64,000 bases of DNA from positions 62,001 through 126,000 of the IMG/VR virus record IMGVR_UViG_3300031951_000003; one strand, given 5' to 3'. Of the stretch, positions 40,099 through 49,490 are shown in pieces. Below the pieces are notes generated by a model, which ran no database searches, was not told the DNA's origin, and was given only the letters and a program-made list of their open reading frames with translations. The first letter of the stretch is position 1. Each line of letters starts with the position of its first letter. The translations under genes were made by a program, and so were the position numbers.

Positions 40099-40296
40099 AT
40101 GTTTGATAACAAGAATCAATTAATTTCTCGAATTATAGAAATTGAATATCACATTACCTCAGAAATCTCTAAAGGACATAAACCTTTTTTTGGTGACTAT
40201 TTAGAACCTCTCAGACAAGAAGTTGACACATTGAGATGTATTGTATTCGGTTACAATAGTCCATATTGTAAAAAAAAATTGGTGGATAAAAAATAA
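40099..40296 (+). CDS. Small hypothetical protein
   Basis: 65-aa ORF filling the gap. Confidence 0.5.
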   Translation: MFDNKNQLISRIIEIEYHITSEISKGHKPFFGDYLEPLRQEVDTLRCIVFGYNSPYCKKKLVDKK

Positions 40297-40315
40297 TCGA
40301 TTAATTTTGTGTGAT

Positions 40316-40705
40316 ATGAAAAAATATTATTTATTTATCTTGTTTGTTATATCTGTTTTTTCCACTTTCGGACAAAACCTCGGATTTAAAAATCCGAAAG
40401 ATTGTTATCAATTTTTATCACAATCAGAAAAAATCTTACTAAATGAATGTTTGGATTCTCTAAATGTTAAACTTGATTCAATCAAAGGAGTTGATGAAAT
40501 TTATGATTCACCAATTTTATTGAACTGTAATATAAAAGCTGTAGTTAAAAGTGATTACCTTTTCAAGGATTCTAGAACACAAACTTATACAAACTATTTA
40601 ATTGAAACACTATTTCGTAATGCAACACTGATGGAACCAAAATACATGGTTTTTGTTAATAGGGATACTAATGGTTCAAAAATAACGGTGCAACAATATT
40701 ATTAA
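40316..40705 (+). CDS. Putative secreted protein with a signal peptide (likely start MKKYY)
   Basis: MKKYYLFILFVISVFSTFG-Q looks like a Sec signal; TAATTTTG at 40302-40309 upstream. Confidence 0.6.
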   Translation: MKKYYLFILFVISVFSTFGQNLGFKNPKDCYQFLSQSEKILLNECLDSLNVKLDSIKGVDEIYDSPILLNCNIKAVVKSDYLFKDSRTQTYTNYLIETLFRNATLMEPKYMVFVNRDTNGSKITVQQYY

Positions 40706-41268
40706 ACTTCGTAGGGTTTTGCTTCTTCCACGTCTTTAACTTCTAAAGAACGACCCTTGTTTTGTTTTACAATGAAATAATCATTTGGGGTGTAGGATTC
40801 TCCAGTCTTAAGTTTCTTTCTATTTTTTTTGTATTTGTCTAAAATATCAAAATCATACACAGGACCCAAAGATAATTTTCCGATAGCAGGTAAACCATTT
40901 TCTTTTGTATAGACAACCCAATTACCCTGACTCCTTTCGAAGTTAGTTTTAATCAAAGAGGCAATCATATTCGCGGTTTCGGTTGTCTCATTATTTTCGA
41001 ATGTGGAACCATTCCACCTTAGCGATAACTCAGAAAGTTTCGGTAAACTAAATTCAGTTTTCTCAATGATGTTACTTTTAGGTCTTTTCGCAAAAACATC
41101 ATAGGTATCTCCATTTTTAACCAAATATATTTCCTCCGCCTTGGTAGGTTCCGTTAAGGATGTGTTTCTTGAAAAAATAAAATCATAGTTTTGCTGTTGT
41201 TCATTAATTACTCTATTAACAATTTCCACAAATTCCGATTCCGTTAATCTTATTATTTTCTTGGTCAT
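40702..41268 (-). CDS. Hypothetical protein with an LTESE leader (likely start MTKK at 41268)
   Basis: MTKKIIRLTESEFVEIVNRVINEQ; TATTTATT at 41272-41279 (minus). Confidence 0.65.
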   Translation of the reverse strand: MTKKIIRLTESEFVEIVNRVINEQQQNYDFIFSRNTSLTEPTKAEEIYLVKNGDTYDVFAKRPKSNIIEKTEFSLPKLSELSLRWNGSTFENNETTETANMIASLIKTNFERSQGNWVVYTKENGLPAIGKLSLGPVYDFDILDKYKKNRKKLKTGESYTPNDYFIVKQNKGRSLEVKDVEEAKPYEV

Positions 41269-41286
41269 ATAAATAAATATCATAAT

Positions 41287-41315
41287 AAAAAAAAAGGGTC
41301 CCGAAGGACCCTTTT
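41287..41315 (-). terminator. Rho-independent terminator after the major capsid gene, with a cUUCGg tetraloop
   Basis: Minus strand AAAAGGGTCC-TTCG-GGACCC followed by a T-tract. Confidence 0.9.
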
Positions 41316-41334
41316 ATATTTTGGTTAGACCATA

Positions 41335-43146
41335 TTATCTCAACTCTTTCAAATCGAATGTTCTAACACCATCAACTGTGATTCTACCGTAGAATCTGTT
41401 GTTCACCATTTTCTTAGCGTATCTAGTCATGATACCTTTGATTGGTGTGAAGTTGAATGGGTTATACATTGTTGGAGTAAGTTGTAAAGGTACATATGGT
41501 GCGTAAATGTAACCTGTATCAAGAAGCGAAGTTCCTTTGTGACCGATTAACACTTGGTTTGGTGGGAAGTAAGGGTCTCTATAAACTTGGTATCTACCAG
41601 CTAGAGTTCCTACTCTTTCAATACCCATGTTGTATTGGTCTTGCTCAGGAGCTGCGTTTGAAACGTGGAAATATTCTAAATCATCAAAAATCGCAGAGAT
41701 TTCAGAAGATACAACAATCCAGTTAGCACCGCCTCTTAAAGTTGATTTGTGAATTTGAGCTGACAATTGATTGATTGCAGTAATCAACGTTTGGTTCCAG
41801 TCTTTCTGAGTGTAAGAAACTGCGCCAGTTCCACCACCGAGTCTCTTCCAACCGTTGTAATCCCATCTCAAGTTCCATGCTGCACCTTTTCTAAGGTCTC
41901 TCAAGATTTCTCTATCGATTTCAGCCGCAACCTGCTCAGACAATAAAGCTGTCAATTCAGCTTCAGCGTCAATGTTGTGGAATGCTGCAACGTCTTGTGC
42001 CATTTCAGGTGACCATTGTGCTCTTAACTTTCTTTCTGTAACAGAAACAGTTACTGACATAAGGTCAAATGAAACCTCACCAATTTTATCTTCAAATTCT
42101 AAGTTCTTATACAATCTGTAAGTAGCTGAGAACGCTGAGTTTGCAGCTGTTGTTGAAGAGAATGTAGAACCTGTGTAACCGTCCATAGAACCTGTACATG
42201 TAATACATACTGGAACTTGAAGGTCGATTTCAAGATAGATATCACCATTTACATCACAGATGTTGTCATACTGACCACCATCAGTTAATGAACCTGGGAA
42301 ATCTAAAGTAGCGTTGTTGTTACCGTATTGAACGATACCTTTACCATATCTTTGAGTTACTACTCTGAAAAGGTAAGGACCACCACCCGCTGTTGTTGGG
42401 TTAGCAGATACACCGTAGATAGTCAAATCAGACAAGAATGATTCTGTGTCGATTGGGTTACCATCAGGACCGATTAATTTACCTGCTCCGTCAGATGCAA
42501 AACCTGACATGATAACTAATACTTTTCTATAGTTATCTGTTGCGTATGCCGCTGGTTCAAGATTCAAAGTTGTGTTGTTCCACTGAGCTGTTACAACTGA
42601 AGTTATTGCAGATGTTACAGAAGTGAAAGAACCCTTAGAATAATCGAATAAACCTGGTGGGTCTAACGCTGGTTCATTACCCTCATAAAATCTATCATAA
42701 AGGTCTCTACCATTGTTATAGTTGTATCCTGCATTTGGAGATGTTGGACCATCTGGTGCACCGTATGGTGAATAGTGTTGATTAAGACCTGCAGGTGCTG
42801 CTGGGTCATAGCTCTGAATGTTTGGTACAAAGTAGAACAATTTACCGATTGGTAAGTTCATTGCTTGTACTGAAACGATATCGTTAGCCAACAACTTAGA
42901 GAACACTCTTCTCACGATTGGAAATACAACAGTTTCAAATGCACCTGTATCAGATGTAGATGAAGCTTCGTTGATTAAGTGAGAAGCTTGGTTTTCATAA
43001 AGTTGAGCTACGTTTTCTCTCATGTGACCTTTAAGACCCTCTAAGAATCCTAATTTGTCCCATTTGTTGATTGTGTCTTCTTTGATAACTTTAAGGTGCT
43101 TAAGACCGATGTTACCAACAAGACCTGATTCTAATAATGCTCCCAT
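41335..43146 (-). CDS. gp23: Major capsid protein (T4 gp23-like)
   Basis: VSVQAMNLPIGKLFY, RKLRAQWSPEMAQDVAAFHNIDAEAEL, EIDREIL, YAPYVPL and GIMTRYA motifs. Confidence 0.95.
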   Translation of the reverse strand: MGALLESGLVGNIGLKHLKVIKEDTINKWDKLGFLEGLKGHMRENVAQLYENQASHLINEASSTSDTGAFETVVFPIVRRVFSKLLANDIVSVQAMNLPIGKLFYFVPNIQSYDPAAPAGLNQHYSPYGAPDGPTSPNAGYNYNNGRDLYDRFYEGNEPALDPPGLFDYSKGSFTSVTSAITSVVTAQWNNTTLNLEPAAYATDNYRKVLVIMSGFASDGAGKLIGPDGNPIDTESFLSDLTIYGVSANPTTAGGGPYLFRVVTQRYGKGIVQYGNNNATLDFPGSLTDGGQYDNICDVNGDIYLEIDLQVPVCITCTGSMDGYTGSTFSSTTAANSAFSATYRLYKNLEFEDKIGEVSFDLMSVTVSVTERKLRAQWSPEMAQDVAAFHNIDAEAELTALLSEQVAAEIDREILRDLRKGAAWNLRWDYNGWKRLGGGTGAVSYTQKDWNQTLITAINQLSAQIHKSTLRGGANWIVVSSEISAIFDDLEYFHVSNAAPEQDQYNMGIERVGTLAGRYQVYRDPYFPPNQVLIGHKGTSLLDTGYIYAPYVPLQLTPTMYNPFNFTPIKGIMTRYAKKMVNNRFYGRITVDGVRTFDLKELR

Positions 43147-43181
43147 TTTGAGTATTTTTTAGTTTTTATTTATTTTATTTT

Positions 43182-44759
43182 TTACCCCAACTTAGACATT
43201 AAGTCTTTCATTCTTAAGAATTGAGGATTTTCGTATGTTTTAGATTCAATCAAATTTGTCGCTGAACCTGATGAAACAGTATTGTTAATTTTCTTTTCAA
43301 CTGATTCGTTGATAGACTTTGATTCAGTCTTACCCAACTCATCTTTGATTGACTTATAAAGAGATTTCGATTCTTTCAATGATTCAACGTCGTCAAATCT
43401 TCTTAGAATATTAATTTTCTCTTTTTTAGTTGTTGAATGTTCTGTAAACAATCTTGTAGCATATGCTAAGTTTGAATTGAAGATTGCAACTTCGTTCAGT
43501 TTTTCTCTGAATACATTAAGCGCTTTTCTATACTCTTCATTTTTCTCTCTCAACATTGTTACTTCAGCTTCTGTAGATTCTACTTTCACACCATTTTTAC
43601 CATAAACAAAGTTTCTGTTTGGTGTAATTTTTCTTAGACCTCTACCTTCTTTTGAACCCATTCCGTAAGTTCTTGCAGCTTCTTTAGTTTCTGCCTTTTT
43701 AATAACTTTGGATTTTCCTTCCATATTTTCGCCTTTCTTGTAGTCGAATTTAGCTTTACCAGTGCCCATTGTTTTAGGACCTTCTTTTTTGTCCTCTTTG
43801 AATCCACCAGCTGCTTTGTCCTTGTATTTGAATTTAGGACCGCTACCAATTCCAACCCCTTTAGGTTTTACTGACATTTTTTTACCCTCTTTAGTCTCAG
43901 ACTTTTTCAAGCCCTTATGAGCTTTTTTGTGGTTGTATGCTTCGTCCAACATATCATCATCTTCTTCGATTTCTTCAGAATCATCCATGTCATCAGATTC
44001 GTCCATCATGTCTTCATCTTCTTCGTCCATTTCTTCAGATTCGTCCATCATGTCTTCATCCTCATCCATTTCTTCAGATTCGTCCATCATGTCTTCATCT
44101 TCTTCTAAAGATGACTCGATGTCAAGTTCAGTGTCCATGGGTTGTTCGTCCATTTCTTCCTCTTCTTCATCGAATTCGATTTCATACATAACTTCTTCTT
44201 CATCTTGGTCAACTTCAAAGTCGTTGCCGTCATTTGAGAAGATTGCGTCAATAACTTTTTGAGTATCAACGTCTTCCATTTCGTCCATTTCCATTTCTTC
44301 TAAGTTTTGGTCTTCTTCAGACTCACCAAGCTTTACAAGATATTCTGTGTCAGCATCGTTATCTTTAAGGTGAATGTCTTCACCATCTTTTTTAACAATA
44401 ATTCCGTCTTCTTCGCCCATAGCTTTGAAGACTCTTAGAATTTCCTCGTCAGAAGCGTCAGTTAAATCTATTGGAGTTTCATCAGAATCCATGTCCATGT
44501 CTAATTCTACATCCATGTCCATTTCATCATCATTATCAGTATCCATCTCGTCGTCTGACTCAACGTCTCCGACTTCCATGTCTACCTCTGCATCAACCTC
44601 TTCTTCATCGTCTTGCTCTGAAAGAGATTCTTTTACTAATTGATTGATTTCTTCCTTCATAGTAGAAGCAAGTATTCCTTTTGCATTTTGGGCAATAGCT
44701 TCTTCAACATTCTTCATTTGAAGAAGAGCCTCTTGTACTAAATTTTTATTTTCTTGCAT
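43182..44759 (-). CDS. Prohead core/scaffold protein
   Basis: Directly upstream of the capsid gene; extremely acidic centre, coiled C-terminus; TATTTATA at 44783-44790 (minus). Confidence 0.75.
   Translation of the reverse strand: MQENKNLVQEALLQMKNVEEAIAQNAKGILASTMKEEINQLVKESLSEQDDEEEVDAEVDMEVGDVESDDEMDTDNDDEMDMDVELDMDMDSDETPIDLTDASDEEILRVFKAMGEEDGIIVKKDGEDIHLKDNDADTEYLVKLGESEEDQNLEEMEMDEMEDVDTQKVIDAIFSNDGNDFEVDQDEEEVMYEIEFDEEEEEMDEQPMDTELDIESSLEEDEDMMDESEEMDEDEDMMDESEEMDEEDEDMMDESDDMDDSEEIEEDDDMLDEAYNHKKAHKGLKKSETKEGKKMSVKPKGVGIGSGPKFKYKDKAAGGFKEDKKEGPKTMGTGKAKFDYKKGENMEGKSKVIKKAETKEAARTYGMGSKEGRGLRKITPNRNFVYGKNGVKVESTEAEVTMLREKNEEYRKALNVFREKLNEVAIFNSNLAYATRLFTEHSTTKKEKINILRRFDDVESLKESKSLYKSIKDELGKTESKSINESVEKKINNTVSSGSATNLIESKTYENPQFLRMKDLMSKLG
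43990..44105. repeat. Three imperfect direct repeats encoding DEDMMDES(E/D) in the scaffold
   Basis: Core cagattcgtccatcatgtcttcatc occurs three times. Confidence 0.8.
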
Positions 44760-44813
44760 GAAAAAATATATTTATTTTACCTTATAAATAGTGTCAAAAG
44801 ATAAAAAGTTTAT

Positions 44814-45137
44814 TTAGGCTTGTATAAAAGCCCTATTTTGTTTTGATAAAGAATTCAATGTTTTGTCAGTCTGATTAGCAATCCAACTATTCACATTAGA
44901 TAATGTGTCATAAATCAAATATGATTGTTGTAGATTACTTTGGTTCAATAAAATCACACTGTAACAAACCTGTGACGATGGTTCATTGAGAATAACCTCC
45001 GTATCGAAATTTGAAATTGCCTGAGGTATAAAATTGTTTGAGTCACAATACAAAATTGCTGCGGACATACTACTACCACTTAAATTCACGAGGTGTAGAG
45101 TATTCTGAGAGTCTTTATAGGATAAATTGAATAGCAT
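44814..45137 (-). CDS. Hypothetical protein (107 aa)
   Basis: TATTTATA at 45150-45157 (minus) upstream. Confidence 0.6.
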   Translation of the reverse strand: MLFNLSYKDSQNTLHLVNLSGSSMSAAILYCDSNNFIPQAISNFDTEVILNEPSSQVCYSVILLNQSNLQQSYLIYDTLSNVNSWIANQTDKTLNSLSKQNRAFIQA

Positions 45138-45172
45138 ACTTATTTTCTTTATAAATATGTTATTACAAAAAA

Positions 45173-45196
45173 AAAGTGGTCAAATTTGACCACTTT
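45173..45196 (-). terminator. Rho-independent terminator after the DUF4494-like gene
   Basis: AAAGTGGTCAA-N-TTGACCACTTT inverted repeat with a T-tract on the minus strand. Confidence 0.75.
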
Positions 45197-45199
45197 GAA

Positions 45200-45412
45200 T
45201 TATTTTTCGATTACTTCATCGATTTTACTTTCGGAAACTGAGGTTATCCTCCAATCATATGAAAATGATTCATATCTTTTGGTAACTTTAGCTTCCACAT
45301 CGGTTACAGAAAAACCTTTTACTAATTTTTCCTCTCTAATTTTTTTGATTTTTCCTGTGCTATCGTCAGGTAATTCATATTGAATTTTTGCTACAAAATA
45401 CTTTTCGTCCAT
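45200..45412 (-). CDS. DUF4494-like small protein
   Basis: YFVAKIQYE...KIKKIREEKLVKGFSVTDVEAKV resembles the Bacteroidota DUF4494 N-terminal pattern. Confidence 0.6.
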   Translation of the reverse strand: MDEKYFVAKIQYELPDDSTGKIKKIREEKLVKGFSVTDVEAKVTKRYESFSYDWRITSVSESKIDEVIEK

Positions 45413-45416
45413 AAAT

Positions 45417-46133
45417 TTATTTTCCTAAATAATGAGTAAGTTTTTTCATTAAGTCAATAGACTTGTCCTTGGTATCAGTAACTTCTCTTGACTTTTTTTC
45501 CTCCTCCAAATTTTCTTCATATTTAATTCTGTCCTCAGGATTCGTGAACAAGTAAGCACCTGGTGTCGATGGTGATGAAACTAAATCAAAACAAATTAAT
45601 TCAAAATCGTCTTGAACTTCATTTCTTTCCCCTACTTTTTTTAATGAACCAACTCCACGAGATGATATACCCAAAGTAACTCCTTGTCTCATGAGATTTG
45701 CAGCTACGTCACCTTTGGATGATACTATACCTCTCTCATGAAAACCTGGTGTGGTAAGTAATTTTAACTTACCCATCAAAATATTTTTATCCCACCAAAT
45801 GTCTGTAATTAAATGTGATACTCTATCCAAATCAATTAGAGAGGATTCGGGATGGTTCAACTCAGAAGTAGACAAACCCTTAGAAATTATTTTTTTATAA
45901 TTGTCAGCTTCTCTTTTCAGAATTCTTTCAGGATAAAATCTACCGTTCCTATTTGGTGTGTCATACTTTTGTAAAACAGCATAAAACTCAAATGGGTTCT
46001 TATAATCTAATTTTGCAGATTCTTGTAGTATCTTAAAATTATTTTCATCTTTTGGTGAAACATATCCCGCATCCATTTCGATGAGAATACCATGACCGAG
46101 TTCACTTGCTTCTAATATACGTAAATTTTTCAT
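45417..46133 (-). CDS. gp21: Prohead core protease (T4 gp21-like)
   Basis: NRNGRFYP, SELNHPE, LDRVSH, GISSRGVGS and FDLVSSPS. Confidence 0.92.
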   Translation of the reverse strand: MKNLRILEASELGHGILIEMDAGYVSPKDENNFKILQESAKLDYKNPFEFYAVLQKYDTPNRNGRFYPERILKREADNYKKIISKGLSTSELNHPESSLIDLDRVSHLITDIWWDKNILMGKLKLLTTPGFHERGIVSSKGDVAANLMRQGVTLGISSRGVGSLKKVGERNEVQDDFELICFDLVSSPSTPGAYLFTNPEDRIKYEENLEEEKKSREVTDTKDKSIDLMKKLTHYLGK

Positions 46134-46158
46134 TAAGTCTTTTAGGATAAATATATTG

Positions 46159-46608
46159 TTAATCCAAGTTTGTTTGTTCAGCCTTCTTAGTAATCATAAA
46201 AATGAAATGATTATTATTTGAAATGTTATTTTTATAAATTGATTTTACAATTGATTTGATAGAATCTTTTAATTCTTTAGACTTAAAATCTAATGTGTTC
46301 TTTGTGAAAAGATTTACTTCTAAATTGAAGAATGATTTTTTTCCTGATGATATTCCACTTGTTCTTAAGTCTAAATCAACAATACTTTGTTCTCTGAATA
46401 TTTCAGTATCTATTGAATTAAATACTGAGTGTTTTATCTCTCGACTGAGGTTACATACAACTCTATTCCAATTATCATTTTCATTTTTTGGAGTTACCCA
46501 AGACTGTATGTTTATGTATAAAGATTTTAAGTTTTTAGAGTCTACTGTTCCATACATTGTTTTGATGGGTTGAAATAGCTTCAACTTGACACTTTTTCCT
46601 TTCTTCAT
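46159..46608 (-). CDS. Hypothetical protein (149 aa)
   Basis: ORF in the head module. Confidence 0.7.
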   Translation of the reverse strand: MKKGKSVKLKLFQPIKTMYGTVDSKNLKSLYINIQSWVTPKNENDNWNRVVCNLSREIKHSVFNSIDTEIFREQSIVDLDLRTSGISSGKKSFFNLEVNLFTKNTLDFKSKELKDSIKSIVKSIYKNNISNNNHFIFMITKKAEQTNLD

Positions 46609-46710
46609 TAAGTTTCATATTATATTAGTTTATTTTGTAAAAAAATACTATATATAATCAGTAATGTCAAAAAAATGAATTTTTGGAATAATTCCAAATA
46701 TATGTAATAT

Positions 46711-46896
46711 ATGTTGATTATTAATATAAAAGAAAACGAGAATATCGAAAAGGCACTCAAAACCCTTAAATCAAAAGTAATTAAAACCAAACAGAATCAA
46801 ATTTTGTTTGAAAGAAAAGAATATACCAAACCCTCAATTAAAAAAAGGTCAGAAATACTTAAAGCAATCTACATAGAAAAAAAGAGAAAATCTTAA
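46711..46896 (+). CDS. rpsU: Ribosomal protein bS21 (Bacteroidota-type)
   Basis: MLIINIKENENIEKALK..KSKVIKT...RKEYTKPSIKKR..ILKAIY matches Flavobacterium-type bS21; antisense to the head genes. Confidence 0.9.
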   Translation: MLIINIKENENIEKALKTLKSKVIKTKQNQILFERKEYTKPSIKKRSEILKAIYIEKKRKS

Positions 46897-47591
46897 ATAG
46901 AATTCTCTAAGTCTTTCAATTTCATAAAGTTAATTTGGTCAAATTTTTCATCTTTCAATTTAACAATTGTTTCATTGATTTTTTCTTTGACTTCATTTTC
47001 TTTTTCTTGTTCTAAAATGCTTTCTAATTTTACTATAGTTTTTGTCTTAAGTTCTTCAAACTTATTCTCCAAAGTTTTGTTGTCTTCAGAAATTATTTGA
47101 AAAAATTCCTTTTTGGAATTTTCGTCCATAGTTTCAATAAAATTCATTAAAGTTTGATTCGCAATTTTGACCATGGAACTTACAGGAATATTGATAGATT
47201 CTTTTATTGTATTCATCTCCTCTTTTAGAACTGAAACAATATTTTCTTTAGCCGTAATTCTTTCTTTCAAACTTATGTTTTTAGTATAAACCAAGGTATC
47301 AATATCTTTGTATTTGTTTTCAATACTTTCTTGTAATGACTTAGGCATTTTGATATTCGGTAATATTCTCTGTAGTAGAGAAACTCCTTCTTCCAAAAAT
47401 TCTTTAGCTTGAGATTCTGACAACCCTTGAGGTGAACTCAATTGGTCATAAATTGAGTAGGCTTTTGACAATGATTTATTATTCAAAACATTGTGTTTGA
47501 ATTCTCTAATGTTTTTCTTAAATTGTGCTTCATCTCTGTAAGATTCAAGCAAGTTTTTTTCAATGATTGATTTTACTTTACCGAAAGTCAT
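46893..47591 (-). CDS. Hypothetical head-module protein (232 aa)
   Basis: Follows the portal gene; TATTTATT at 47607-47614 (minus). Confidence 0.7.
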   Translation of the reverse strand: MTFGKVKSIIEKNLLESYRDEAQFKKNIREFKHNVLNNKSLSKAYSIYDQLSSPQGLSESQAKEFLEEGVSLLQRILPNIKMPKSLQESIENKYKDIDTLVYTKNISLKERITAKENIVSVLKEEMNTIKESINIPVSSMVKIANQTLMNFIETMDENSKKEFFQIISEDNKTLENKFEELKTKTIVKLESILEQEKENEVKEKINETIVKLKDEKFDQINFMKLKDLENSI

Positions 47592-47614
47592 CTTGGTGTA
47601 TTTTCAAATAAATA

Positions 47615-49453
47615 TTATGAGTTCAACAACTTATCCAATTCTTTTTCAATTTCACCCAAAGATTGTTGTGCAATACCAAGATTGAGGGAACTCTTCCCTT
47701 TAATCATGTCATTTTCCAATAAAATATTAAGTTCTTTCTCTTTCGATTCAGGAGTAATCTCACCCCCCTCAGTAGGTGGTGGTGGAGGAGGAGCAGCCCC
47801 TAACTCTTCACCTCCCCCTGGAGGAAGTGGTGGTGGAGGTGCAAGTTCTTCTTCTCCGCCTGGTGTTGTTGAAGCACCTGCGGAAGGTGTGCTACCTGAA
47901 GAGCTACCATATAATTTGTCAATATTATCAAATAACCCTGTTTTACTTATAACAGTAGGTGTTGCTTTCAATTCTTCACCAACTGCTCTTTCGATTCTTT
48001 GTTGTTGTAAATCGAGTCTGATTTCTTCATCAGACCAATTAAATATGTGTTTCTTAGCCCATGTTGCAGAAGTTGCCGCAATACCAAATCCAGTATCTGC
48101 AACCAAATCTTTATATAGAAGAACTTTTTCTTTCCAAACATCAACTTTCAATAAGTCAGCTTGAGTTGATGGGTTAGTTAGTCCTAAAGTAAAATTATTC
48201 AATTCATCTTCGAATCCTAATAAGAACAGATGAACAATTGCAATCTTATTAAGTTCCGCCAACATACTCTTCTGAATTCTGTTGATAGTTCTAGCAAATC
48301 TAATATCTTGTAAGGCTAAGTTTTTACCATCTCCAACTACTTCCTCGAAACCTAAAAACGCCTTTGGAACACGGAGTGCAGTGAGTAACTTTTTCTGAAT
48401 ATACTCTATATCGGCAATCTCTGATAGGTTCGTTGCACCTGGTAATGTATCGATTGGACTAGGTGCCGCAGGGTCACGAACAGGAACAAAGTAGTCTTGG
48501 TCAACCGCCATTTGATTGAATCTCATGTCTACATTACCTGTCTTACTATCAACAATTTGTTCTCTTTTGAATTTGTTGGCCACACGTTGAACATATGCTT
48601 CAACATCGTCATCGTTCATATTCCCTACGAACACCTTGAAAATTCTTCTTTCAGGTGCTCTTGAGGTTCTATAAATCAACATCGCATCTTCACAAAGAAG
48701 AAGTTGTTTCCAAGTTCTTCTCGCTTTCTCCAACATAGATGTTCCATAAGGAAGTTTTCTGTCATCACCTAATAATCTAAAGTGAGCCATTTCCCAAGAT
48801 TGGAATTCCATATTCTTGTTCTTCCATGTAAAATGAAGGGCTTTTTTGTCTTTATCTAATTCTTGTGTAATATCAACTGAGATTTTTGCACTAACTCCAA
48901 CCTCATGTCTTTCTATTTCAATTGTTGGTAGTTGTTGACAACCTACAACACCCTTTTCAGGGTCCAGTTTCAAATAAACAAAGTTATCACCATACTTACA
49001 AGTGTTTCTTGTCCACATTGGCAAGTTGGTGTTGATGTCTAAATTACTATTGAATAAATCCGCCAAAACTCCTTTGATTCTTTTTGACTCAGAATATATC
49101 TGAAGAATAAAACCATCCTCATTTGTAGTTGTCGACTCCTCTGCGTATATATCCAAAGCGGCTGAAATTTCGGGTGTATACTCCATTGACTCATAGTCAT
49201 ACTGAGCAGACAATCTTGTTGGTTCGTAGTAGATTGCTTGAGAATATAAATTATTCTCTACCTTAGCCCACTGATTAGCCAAGTAGTAAGTCTGTTGTGC
49301 TTGAAGTTTTTCAACCTCGTATTCCTCTCTACTTTTGGTGCGTAGTAATTCTTTTTTATCAAACTTGAATGTAGGATAATCTTGATTCAGTAAAGAATTA
49401 GGTCCAAAAGTTTTCGACAGTCGTTGCCAAACTGTCATTTTTTGTTCAGCCAT
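47615..49453 (-). CDS. gp20: Portal protein (T4 gp20-like)
   Basis: EDAMLIYRTSRAPERRIFKVFVGN, QDYFVPVR, TLPGATNL and ALRVPKAFL. Confidence 0.95.
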   Translation of the reverse strand: MAEQKMTVWQRLSKTFGPNSLLNQDYPTFKFDKKELLRTKSREEYEVEKLQAQQTYYLANQWAKVENNLYSQAIYYEPTRLSAQYDYESMEYTPEISAALDIYAEESTTTNEDGFILQIYSESKRIKGVLADLFNSNLDINTNLPMWTRNTCKYGDNFVYLKLDPEKGVVGCQQLPTIEIERHEVGVSAKISVDITQELDKDKKALHFTWKNKNMEFQSWEMAHFRLLGDDRKLPYGTSMLEKARRTWKQLLLCEDAMLIYRTSRAPERRIFKVFVGNMNDDDVEAYVQRVANKFKREQIVDSKTGNVDMRFNQMAVDQDYFVPVRDPAAPSPIDTLPGATNLSEIADIEYIQKKLLTALRVPKAFLGFEEVVGDGKNLALQDIRFARTINRIQKSMLAELNKIAIVHLFLLGFEDELNNFTLGLTNPSTQADLLKVDVWKEKVLLYKDLVADTGFGIAATSATWAKKHIFNWSDEEIRLDLQQQRIERAVGEELKATPTVISKTGLFDNIDKLYGSSSGSTPSAGASTTPGGEEELAPPPPLPPGGGEELGAAPPPPPPTEGGEITPESKEKELNILLENDMIKGKSSLNLGIAQQSLGEIEKELDKLLNS

Positions 49454-49490
49454 ATTACAATTTAACTTATTACGTCAATAATATAAATAG

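Noticed and set aside
43634-44643. Ser-rich and Phe/His-rich antisense ORFs over the scaffold gene
   Set aside because: Antisense by-products of the Glu/Asp/Met repeat; no promoter or plausible composition.
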